DNA from: an uncultured archaeon
GTDB taxonomy: Archaea; Asgardarchaeota; Thorarchaeia; Thorarchaeales; CAZPUN01
Direction: 5' to 3'
Assembly: GCA_964589775.1 (NCBI GenBank)
Contig: CAZPUN010000035.1
Coordinates: 1 to 32,000, forward strand
Length of the DNA stretch: 32,000 bases
In this document: positions 17,459 through 26,018 of the stretch, in pieces
Layout: every line of letters starts with the position of its first letter
How positions within the stretch are numbered: position 1 is the first letter of the stretch
Program-made: the position numbers and the translations under genes
Notes under the pieces: model-generated
Told to the model about the DNA's origin: nothing
The model's input: the letters and a program-made list of their open reading frames with translations, nothing else
Databases searched by the model: none

Positions 17459-20400
17459 CTAATCACTAATTTCTTCCTTAAGTAGTAGTAGCAATGAATC
17501 AATCGCTGCGGAAGACTTGCGAATCTTCTTTTCATAATCTGCTTTCATCTTGTCATACACAGCACGAGTGATTGTACCGCGTTTCTTGTTTTTAATGAGT
17601 GTTTCAAGTCCAGCTTTAGCACCACTGATTTGTTGTTCATGAGTTTCAATATCTCTTGCAATATCCTTGTACTTCTGACCATATGATTCAAGTTCCTTAC
17701 GAACAACTGGTAGTTCCTTAGATATTTCTTTCAATCGAGTATTTATGTCAGATTTTCTTGCACGATATTCAGCACGAGTTATCTTTCTTCGTCTCAAGTT
17801 CTCATTCATCTTATCAAGCTCAAGGTTAAGCGCCATTTTATCGGCATATAATTCAATGAACTTCTGAATGAGTTCTGGAGGAGCACTAGTAGTTCGTGCA
17901 GTTGTTTCATGTGATTCTTCTGAAGTCGTTGGAATGATCTCGGTATGTCGCATTACAACATAGATTAATGCTACAAATCCGACAAGTAAGCTGAATAATA
18001 GTGGTCGAGCCCACACACCAGGGATAGTGACAACATATGTAATATATGGTGCATAATCGCCATAGCCTGTAGTATTAAAGTAATCGAAATAATATCCTTT
18101 TTCAAAAGGATAATAGTATATTCCTGAAACTTTTGGTGAATCAATGACAGATACATAATCAGGAAAGATATAGTTAATTCTGTGGAATCGGATAAGTGTA
18201 TTCATTAATTGTGGCACTTTGACATTAAGAGTGTAGCCGGTACCATTTGGCTTGGCGTAAACACTAAGAGGTGTTTTGAAGAATAGATGGAAAGTATAAT
18301 TCCAACCAGGTTTTAGACCATCTAATAGAAGGTCTCTATTGAAGTCTAAATCAAATGTTGCAGAAGCATTCTTGGGGAGACTGTCTTCGGGCTTTGAATT
18401 AGGTAGAATTCCGAGCTCATCATACACCTTAAAATCATACCAATATGCAGGGACAAGAATTGTATATCTGTTTAATGTTGCAGTGCCTACATTTCTTAGG
18501 GTTATGACATTATCATATACAACCCATCCCCATGGATCAACACGAATATTTGTGGTAATCTCAGCAATAACTTTTGTATGCGATGATGTGGTGTAAAATG
18601 CTGAAAATTCTACGAAACTAAGTGGATATATATTAAGACCTGCCATATTTCTAACGGCAATAGGTACATAATCGCCTTCAGGTGCAGTAACTTTACATGT
18701 TGCATTCTTAATGACGTATGGAATTGTGGGCCACTTATAGAAACTAAACTCATAGCGTGGATTTTGTGGATCCTCGACATAATATTGTACATCACTGTAC
18801 ACGGCAATAAATTTGAATTGGTATTTCTTTAGTGGATACAATGGTTCAGGAAACATAACTAAGTATCGCGAATAATTAGATGTGGGAGTTAATTTCTTTA
18901 CAACTATGTTTTCCATTGAGATTGTTGTAGCCCATACAGTTCTTAGGTATTTAGAATAATTCAAAGGAATAAAGACATAAAATGAATAAACTGGCTCTGA
19001 GCCATTATTTTCAATAACAAATAGATCGGATACTTGGAATAATTGATAAACTTCAATATGAATTTCACGAAATGCATCGATTGATAAGCCAGGTTCTGCT
19101 TCAAATGGATGTTCAATTGTAATGTTGAGCAATAATGGAGTTGTTGTTTCATTTGATGCATCTGTAGCTCGAATATAAATATGATGAACACCCAACTCAT
19201 ATTCACGCGGATCAAAATCAAAATGGAAGACATCATGTTCTGGGCCATAGAACATAGTAGTCCAATTTCCATCATCAATTTTGATTTCAGCTATCGAAAC
19301 ATAGTCATTATCTGTTGCATTTATTTTAATGGTTGTAAGTGTATTTATCATGGTGTTATTTGCCGGACTGATAATAGAGACTTCGGGTAATGTATTTACT
19401 AAGAATGACACATGATAGGGATTATCGAACGAACTATGAGCACTTGGGGCATCATTAAGATCATCCGATGGGGAATATGCAAATACAAATGTATAATTTA
19501 ACGTGTTATTTAGCAGATCGATTCCATTTGAATTATGACTCTTTAAGTCGATAACATATTCTAATACAGTGTATGCACCATTATCAGTACCATTAGCAGA
19601 GATAATTCGTGTCTGATTTTCGAATGGAACACGAGTATAATAGCCAACACCATATTGTTCAGAATAAACAATTTGACTTAATCGAGCTGGATTAATGCTA
19701 AATACAATATCTTGAATTTTAATTGATAAGCAATAGATAGTGAATATTAAAGGAAGCCCATAAAATTTAGACTCTGTAGATACATAACCTTTCTCAGGTG
19801 GAATAAATACATTACGTACTTCACCGACGCGCATGCCCAATAATCCTTCATAAAATCCTTCGATAACATTCGGATTCGAAAGATTAACAGTTAGTGGAGA
19901 ATAAGAATATTTGTCCAATCCGGCGGCCATTCCAATAGATTGAATTGAAGTATCAAATATAGTACCATTTGGAAATCGGCCTACATAATCAACGGTTATT
20001 TCATAAGGGGCTTTTGCGCGCAATACTGTACTATAAGTGTCATTTGGAGAATATCCAGTTATGAGGTCTAAACCCTCAAAGCCAGTATTACTTAGAGATG
20101 TAGTTCCGTTTGTCCAACCAAAGGTAATAGACCCTGAAGTCGGAGCACGCAATGCAAGATAAAGATATGTGCCATTTTGCTCAGCCCAGACTTTAATACC
20201 GGATACATTATCTGTAAATGACGCCTTATATTCATATGGATCTACAATTCCATCAGCATAACCATAATGTTTGTATACATATGGAATGCTCATGTTTATT
20301 GTCCCAAAAGAATCAGATGGTATGGGAGTTTTATTATTTATTGCACTATTGGGTAATGAGGCATTCATTTGTGCCCCAGAGTAACCCAAGGTATTTAGGA

Positions 20401-20464
20401 AGAGCGCTACGAATATAATTGTTATAATTAAACGCTGCTTTGAGTGGTTCAATTTCCTCGGCAT
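17459..20464 (-). CDS. Multidomain ribophorin I-like membrane protein (signal-DOMON[FKBP]-Ig-ribophorin I-TM-cytoplasmic helical tail)
   Basis: IRVDPWGWV..ITLRNVG, VYDELG, LKPGWNYTFHL and RPLL-TM resemble RPN1 motifs; FKBP VDYVG..NGTIFDTS..VIEGFYEGLLGMRVGE..IPPEKGY; likely start ATG 20464 (MPRK). Confidence 0.75.
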   Translation of the reverse strand: MPRKLNHSKQRLIITIIFVALFLNTLGYSGAQMNASLPNSAINNKTPIPSDSFGTINMSIPYVYKHYGYADGIVDPYEYKASFTDNVSGIKVWAEQNGTYLYLALRAPTSGSITFGWTNGTTSLSNTGFEGLDLITGYSPNDTYSTVLRAKAPYEITVDYVGRFPNGTIFDTSIQSIGMAAGLDKYSYSPLTVNLSNPNVIEGFYEGLLGMRVGEVRNVFIPPEKGYVSTESKFYGLPLIFTIYCLSIKIQDIVFSINPARLSQIVYSEQYGVGYYTRVPFENQTRIISANGTDNGAYTVLEYVIDLKSHNSNGIDLLNNTLNYTFVFAYSPSDDLNDAPSAHSSFDNPYHVSFLVNTLPEVSIISPANNTMINTLTTIKINATDNDYVSIAEIKIDDGNWTTMFYGPEHDVFHFDFDPREYELGVHHIYIRATDASNETTTPLLLNITIEHPFEAEPGLSIDAFREIHIEVYQLFQVSDLFVIENNGSEPVYSFYVFIPLNYSKYLRTVWATTISMENIVVKKLTPTSNYSRYLVMFPEPLYPLKKYQFKFIAVYSDVQYYVEDPQNPRYEFSFYKWPTIPYVIKNATCKVTAPEGDYVPIAVRNMAGLNIYPLSFVEFSAFYTTSSHTKVIAEITTNIRVDPWGWVVYDNVITLRNVGTATLNRYTILVPAYWYDFKVYDELGILPNSKPEDSLPKNASATFDLDFNRDLLLDGLKPGWNYTFHLFFKTPLSVYAKPNGTGYTLNVKVPQLMNTLIRFHRINYIFPDYVSVIDSPKVSGIYYYPFEKGYYFDYFNTTGYGDYAPYITYVVTIPGVWARPLLFSLLVGFVALIYVVMRHTEIIPTTSEESHETTARTTSAPPELIQKFIELYADKMALNLELDKMNENLRRRKITRAEYRARKSDINTRLKEISKELPVVRKELESYGQKYKDIARDIETHEQQISGAKAGLETLIKNKKRGTITRAVYDKMKADYEKKIRKSSAAIDSLLLLLKEEISD

Positions 20465-20688
20465 CCCGTGTATTTTTTTGTGATATATATGATAAATATG
20501 AATTTTAATAATCATACAAATTTGATTTTTAATAATCGAATCAAACTTAGAAGTTTTGAGGTGTTACGAAATTAAAAGGTTTTCGTTGCTAAATCTGATT
20601 CACACACATTTAAATTAATCTATGACAAACATCATGGAAAATATTTTTAGATGTTTCTTCACTTGCAGTAATGAGGAGTGCATGAAAG

Positions 20689-21666
20689 ATGATAATGATA
20701 TTACTTGCAGGCATATTTTCAGTGATAATTGCATTGGGACTTATTCCATTTACATTTGGAAAACTGAAAGAACGTAAAATGTATACCAAAGACATGCATA
20801 AACCGGGACAACCAGAAGTTCTAAAAGAAGGCGGCGTAGTGATCTTATTTGGCATAATTGTAGCGCTATTGCTAATAATAGGTATTAAGACATTTTCAGG
20901 AGAAATAATTAACAGTGCATTATTAGCATCTGTAATTTCTATTCTGATTGCGGGACAAATGGGGATTTTAGATGACATACTTGATTTTAGCCGATTAGTA
21001 AAGGTGTTCATACCATTTACAGCTGCCATACCATTAATGGCACTAAAAGCAGGAAATACAACAATGCAGCTCCCAATCATTGGGGTAATAGATCTTGGAA
21101 TAATATATCCATTGTTAGTTGTACCCTTAATTATAACATTTGTAATAGATTCAACAAACATGCTTGCAGGCATGAATGGTCTAGAATCAGGACTTGCAAT
21201 AATTAATGGCGTTGGAATCTTAATATTGTCAATAATAAAAGGGTTTAATGACGCTGCAATCGTATCGGCCACCTTAATTGGTGCTACACTTGTATTTTTC
21301 AAATATAACAAATATCCCGCAAAAATTTTACCGGGAGATGTTGGAAGACTGCCCCTTGGCGCAACTATGGCAACTGCAATTATTTTAGGAAATATGGAAA
21401 GATTTGCGATTTTTATGTTTTTATTATATTTCATTAACTTTATTCTCTTCATAGTACTTACAATTAAGGTAAAACGAACTGGAATGGAATGGCCAAAATT
21501 CGCAAAAGTAAACGATGATGGAACTTTGACTGCACCGGGTCCATATACAGTATACTGGATATTACCATACTTTAAGAAGGGGATCACCGAAAAACAAAAC
21601 GTATACGCAATCATGACATTACAAGCTATCATTGTATCTATTGGATTAATAATATCATGCATTTAA
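20689..21666 (+). CDS. Polyprenyl-phosphate GlcNAc-1-phosphate transferase (GT4/MraY-like; ALG7/AglH-type)
   Basis: DMHKPG..EGG, GILDD, STNMLAGMNGLESG, NKYPAKILPGDVG; about 10 hydrophobic segments. Confidence 0.9.
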   Translation: MIMILLAGIFSVIIALGLIPFTFGKLKERKMYTKDMHKPGQPEVLKEGGVVILFGIIVALLLIIGIKTFSGEIINSALLASVISILIAGQMGILDDILDFSRLVKVFIPFTAAIPLMALKAGNTTMQLPIIGVIDLGIIYPLLVVPLIITFVIDSTNMLAGMNGLESGLAIINGVGILILSIIKGFNDAAIVSATLIGATLVFFKYNKYPAKILPGDVGRLPLGATMATAIILGNMERFAIFMFLLYFINFILFIVLTIKVKRTGMEWPKFAKVNDDGTLTAPGPYTVYWILPYFKKGITEKQNVYAIMTLQAIIVSIGLIISCI

Positions 21667-22691
21667 AATTCATTTTCTATTTTTTCTTTAAGATATTTAG
21701 ATACAAAAGATAACCCCCAACGGCTCAATGCTTGTTGCTCTGCTCTTTTTCTGATTTTTTTAAATTCAAGCAATTGTGATTTCCAAGGTTCTTCTTTATA
21801 ACGCGGGTCCAATAAAAGTTCATCAATCTTTTTCAAATCAGCATCTGTTAAATTCATAGCTGGAAGTTGGTAATCCTCAATATCAGATGCATATACACCG
21901 ATCCATTTTGCATCAGGAGTTACTAAATCAGGAATATGTGCAGAATTGCGACTGCCATAAACAATTACGTTTGCGATATGCATCCCCCAAGGATCTGCAT
22001 CGGTAAATATGAAACATTTTAGTCCTAGTTCCTCATTTAATCGCTTGATAATCCGCCGAGCTGAACGAGGAGCTTGACCGCCAAGATGAATTAGTATTGC
22101 GTTCATACTCTTCCAAATACTCTCTTCAATTAATCTAGAGAACATACCACCGGATTCGATAGCTATGACAATTTGCGCATTTGTTTTAATAAATTTAGAA
22201 TTTGTAATAGAGGGCCCAATAGAAAACCCATCTGGATTAGATGAAAGATTTACAGATTTTCCTTCAAACCCATGAACTGTGTATTCAATAGTTAAATCAC
22301 CAAAAATAGCAGAACGCTCTTCAGGGAAAATACCAAAAGATTCACGAGGTACACCTAAATACGCCTCAAGATCAGTAACAATACGGTCTGATTCATCTTG
22401 ATCTTTAAAATTTACACCATACCCTTTACTCGAATAATATAAATCACGCAGAGAACTCGTTCTATTATTTTTTAATAATCGGTATACATAATATGCGGTC
22501 CACATAAATTGATGGAAATTCTTTGCATGCCGAATGTTTCTTGAATCTTTAGTTGATTTAAGATCCCCAACTTTGAATTTTCCTTCATCAGGTAAAAATA
22601 ATACATTCTTAGAGCTTCTATCAGGTAAAACTATTTTTGGGTATTGCCCATTGTTTATATCATTAAGTATTGAATTTGCAAGTTCCTTCAA
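21663..22691 (-). CDS. top6A: DNA topoisomerase VI subunit A (Spo11 homolog)
   Basis: SLRDLYY (catalytic Tyr), FKDQDESD, IESGGMF, FTDADPWG, EQQAL; start may lie slightly upstream. Confidence 0.95.
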   Translation of the reverse strand: MKELANSILNDINNGQYPKIVLPDRSSKNVLFLPDEGKFKVGDLKSTKDSRNIRHAKNFHQFMWTAYYVYRLLKNNRTSSLRDLYYSSKGYGVNFKDQDESDRIVTDLEAYLGVPRESFGIFPEERSAIFGDLTIEYTVHGFEGKSVNLSSNPDGFSIGPSITNSKFIKTNAQIVIAIESGGMFSRLIEESIWKSMNAILIHLGGQAPRSARRIIKRLNEELGLKCFIFTDADPWGMHIANVIVYGSRNSAHIPDLVTPDAKWIGVYASDIEDYQLPAMNLTDADLKKIDELLLDPRYKEEPWKSQLLEFKKIRKRAEQQALSRWGLSFVSKYLKEKIENEF

Positions 22692-22704
22692 TTTTAATAA
22701 AATA

Positions 22705-24204
22705 TTAATGATTATCCGCCTCCAAACGAGTTAATAATTTATTGAGCTCATGTTCTGTGGGTTCGTGGTCATAAAGAATATAGTAAGCATATTTCAAGGA
22801 TTTTCTCAAGTGCTGCCGTAATATCTTCTGTTGTTTCAAAGAATGCTGTACAGTTGATTCACCAACTATCATTTTTTCCAATTTTGAAAGACATTTAGAA
22901 GATATTTTGATTCCAGAATCATAGATCTCAGGAATAGTAGCTATTGCAGTTTTCTCAATATCTCTAAAAGGTACATGTGTAGAACATATATGAAATAAAA
23001 ATATTGGATATTTTTCTTTAAAAATGCGTTTATTAAATTTTAATCCTTTTATAATATTATAAAATACATCATCAGATTGAGAATAGATAAGTGGAACTCT
23101 ATTTGCAAATCTAATTAATTTAGGTTCATTATTAGAAGAAAATTTTTCACTGATAAATGCTATACATTCAATAATAAATGGATGCCCATGATGCGAACTA
23201 GGTTGAGAAATTTCATAAACAAACTGTTGTGATGAATACCTATTTTTAATAGATTCGGCAAGAAGTTTTTTTCCTAAAGGACTAAGACATTTTGCATCTG
23301 GCTTTGGAAAGTCGAATTTGGAAAGCTCTTTAAAGATAGAGTAAAGAGTGTTTTGTGAAAGATCATGAACCTTTATATTAGGGGATATATTTACAAATTT
23401 GAGAAATTTTTTTGCAGTAGAAACACCCACGCGCTGGAAAGTAGATGTGAAAAATTTGAGAATTGTCGCATCATTATCTTCTTGTGCATATCGCATAAAT
23501 GATTCAAAATCAATTCCATGAGGATGCGGCTTGCATTCTGGCGGACAATAAGGCATAAGTTTAGTAACACGTTCATATTTTAGAATTAATTTGTCATTCT
23601 CAATAAATTTTAGAGAAAGGTAGGGGGCAATTAGTGCTGTTAAATTGAGATATTCGAGAATTTTTTGCCTAGCACGAACATAATCGCCTTTCGCATAAAC
23701 TCTTACAGATGTACCAATCCAATTCTCTGTATTTTTGACCTTTTTCATTTCTTCAATAATCGGCTCATTATTTTTAATATCGATCTTAATTTTGTAATAG
23801 TATCGAAATATGCCATCAACAGACGTTTCTATTTCAGCAGGCATATTTGTAGAAATTTGTGAGTATAAGATAGCCATTGTGACACCCATACCTAAAGCGC
23901 CACGAGACTGACGATAACCGAATTTACTACCATAAAAAACTTTTCCAAACACATAAGGTACATTTTCAACAGGAATTCCACTACCATTATCAATAACAGA
24001 AATTACAATAAAATCAGTATTTTTAGAATCAATCGTTAACAAAATATTGGGTAATCGCCCAATAGATTCGCAAGAGTCTAAAGAATTATCAATAAGTTCT
24101 TTTACAATAGTGAATAAAGACCTAGACGGATTACTATAACCAGCCATTTGTCTATTTTTGTAAAAAAACTCTGAAGGACTCATTGATTTATAGTTGGATT
24201 CCAT
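22705..24204 (-). CDS. top6B: DNA topoisomerase VI subunit B (divergent)
   Basis: SPSEFFYKNRQMAG, ELIDNSLD, DNGSGI, GSKF..QSRG, PHPHG, H2TH FQRVG, RFANRVPL. Confidence 0.93.
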   Translation of the reverse strand: MESNYKSMSPSEFFYKNRQMAGYSNPSRSLFTIVKELIDNSLDSCESIGRLPNILLTIDSKNTDFIVISVIDNGSGIPVENVPYVFGKVFYGSKFGYRQSRGALGMGVTMAILYSQISTNMPAEIETSVDGIFRYYYKIKIDIKNNEPIIEEMKKVKNTENWIGTSVRVYAKGDYVRARQKILEYLNLTALIAPYLSLKFIENDKLILKYERVTKLMPYCPPECKPHPHGIDFESFMRYAQEDNDATILKFFTSTFQRVGVSTAKKFLKFVNISPNIKVHDLSQNTLYSIFKELSKFDFPKPDAKCLSPLGKKLLAESIKNRYSSQQFVYEISQPSSHHGHPFIIECIAFISEKFSSNNEPKLIRFANRVPLIYSQSDDVFYNIIKGLKFNKRIFKEKYPIFLFHICSTHVPFRDIEKTAIATIPEIYDSGIKISSKCLSKLEKMIVGESTVQHSLKQQKILRQHLRKSLKYAYYILYDHEPTEHELNKLLTRLEADNH

Positions 24205-24253
24205 AAAATCCACCACATAAAAATTAAAAAGATTTAAAATAAAAAAATGGGTA

Positions 24254-24829
24254 TTATTTAGGTTCGGGAGGTCGTTCCCAAATTTCTAAATCTTCAATTT
24301 TCATCTGACGCCGTTGATCTTCCAGATAACGATATACTGTTTTATGTGGAGCACCTTGAATAAGCATCTCGATTGCATGTTTTGCAATACGGAGCTCACG
24401 ATAGGTTCCAATAATTGCGGTTGTATATCCATAAACTGATACAAAAGTTCCGGTAGTTTCTTCGATTATTCGTTTTGTCTTTCCGCGCTCGCCAATTATA
24501 CGTCCTCTAATTCTGTGGATTCGAGCTTTTGAATTTCCGAGAATATCACGAAGAGAAATTATTTCAAGATAATAATCATCATCCAGTAGTTTAAATGCGC
24601 GCTCAGGACTGAAACCGCGACCTATCGCCTTTATAATGTCTCGAGCTTTCCAAACTTTTATTGGATCTTCATTGTTTGGTTTTGGATGGATAATAACTAG
24701 ACCAGTTCTACTATCAACTCTAATGATTGTTTCACTATATGATTCAATTTGTTTTTTTACGGTGCCATCTTTACCTAAAATAACACCAATTCTGTCTTCA
24801 GGTATCCTTACCTGCATTTCAGCTTGCAT
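24254..24829 (-). CDS. KH-domain rRNA processing protein (Pno1/Dim2 family)
   Basis: RIGVILGKDG, AIGRGFSPERA, RIRGRIIGERGKT, HKTVY. Confidence 0.93.
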   Translation of the reverse strand: MQAEMQVRIPEDRIGVILGKDGTVKKQIESYSETIIRVDSRTGLVIIHPKPNNEDPIKVWKARDIIKAIGRGFSPERAFKLLDDDYYLEIISLRDILGNSKARIHRIRGRIIGERGKTKRIIEETTGTFVSVYGYTTAIIGTYRELRIAKHAIEMLIQGAPHKTVYRYLEDQRRQMKIEDLEIWERPPEPK

Positions 24830-24842
24830 AATAAATCCCATC

Positions 24843-25619
24843 TTAATCGCTTTTTCCAATCACATAATCGTATACTTCTTCATATGAAGGAATTCCAATA
24901 CCTAATTTATCGAAAAATCGCAATATATTTTTTATATCGCGTGCAAGGTAGCGCTCGGAATATGGATGACGGATAGAGACAGCTTGTGAAACATCAATGA
25001 TTACTGGCTCATTATTTCTCATCAAGATATTATATTCACTAAGGTCTCCATGAACAAGTCTTGCTTTTGTATATGCTAGTCTAATTTGATCAATGATTTC
25101 AGACATCAGTGATTCTGGATCATTAATCTCAGAGTCCTTTAATTGACGTGCAGGCGACCCATCAACATGAATATATTCCATTACAAGAACATTTTTCTCC
25201 ACAGCAATAGGTTTTGGAACTCTTACACCAGCAGAATAAAACTCTTTGAGGTTACGATACTCTTTACTAGCCCACAATGGAATTAATACTCGAGGTGTTC
25301 GCTTTGACGCTTTAAATCTAGGATCACCCGCAATATAATCCCACATCCAATCAGGTTCCGCAGTAGTCATTCTATAAATTTTAACAACAACCGGTGAGCC
25401 ATCAGCCTGTCTTGCTAAGTAAACACCAGATTCTTTACCAGAGCTAATAACACCAACCATTTCATCAAACACATTATGATTGAGTAATTTATACAAAACT
25501 TTTAAGGTATAAGAATCTAAGACTGCTTCAATTACCTTAAATTGAGATTTGTCTTTACGACGCTTGAGATTGTCTTCAAATTTTAAATCAGCAAACTCGT
25601 CAAAAATATCGTCAGACAA
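24843..25619 (-). CDS. rio1: RIO1 kinase/ATPase
   Basis: ISSGKESGVY, KIYR, GDPRF, WASKEYRNL, HGDLSEYNIL, IDVSQ; TTG start with GGTGA SD. Confidence 0.95.
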   Translation of the reverse strand: MSDDIFDEFADLKFEDNLKRRKDKSQFKVIEAVLDSYTLKVLYKLLNHNVFDEMVGVISSGKESGVYLARQADGSPVVVKIYRMTTAEPDWMWDYIAGDPRFKASKRTPRVLIPLWASKEYRNLKEFYSAGVRVPKPIAVEKNVLVMEYIHVDGSPARQLKDSEINDPESLMSEIIDQIRLAYTKARLVHGDLSEYNILMRNNEPVIIDVSQAVSIRHPYSERYLARDIKNILRFFDKLGIGIPSYEEVYDYVIGKSD

Positions 25620-25634
25620 TTAAACATCACCAAA

Positions 25635-25955
25635 TTATAGGTCAGATAAATATCCTTTTCTCTTCAACCAATTAATATCGGTTTTTAAATATCGCCAGAC
25701 AACATCGCCCTTATCAGTGCTTTGAAAGTCCCAAGGCACTATGATGACAATGTCACCAACTCTAAGCCATACACGCTTTTTCATTCTACCAGGTATACGT
25801 CCAACTCTTATATGACCATCAGCACATTTTACTTTTACACGGTCATGACCCAACATTTGTATAACAACACCTAATATTTCACCTTCTTCAGGGTTCGGAA
25901 CCCTAACACGACCAGTCGTTTGTGATGCCGCGTCATTTTGTTTTTTCTTAGTCAA
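25635..25955 (-). CDS. eif1a: Translation initiation factor 1A
   Basis: MLGHDR, CADG..R.GRIPGRMKKRVWLRVGD, PWDFQ; TTG start. Confidence 0.97.
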   Translation of the reverse strand: MTKKKQNDAASQTTGRVRVPNPEEGEILGVVIQMLGHDRVKVKCADGHIRVGRIPGRMKKRVWLRVGDIVIIVPWDFQSTDKGDVVWRYLKTDINWLKRKGYLSDL

Positions 25956-26018
25956 ATTGAGATATAGCCTCCAAAATATTTTAGGAAATAATATGAAAAG
26001 GATTGTGAATTATATAAA

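Noticed and set aside
20465-20515. His/Ile-rich N-terminal extension MIIKIHIYHIYHKKIHG of the 1018-aa ORF
   Set aside because: Reads through AT-rich promoter-like DNA; ATG 20464 gives a normal basic n-region plus hydrophobic signal
20610-21662. 350-aa antisense ORF over the GlcNAc-1-P transferase
   Set aside because: No motifs. In this register antisense stops need Tyr/His/Gln codons after a pyrimidine-ending codon, which are scarce in this hydrophobic, A-ending gene, so it is a shadow ORF.
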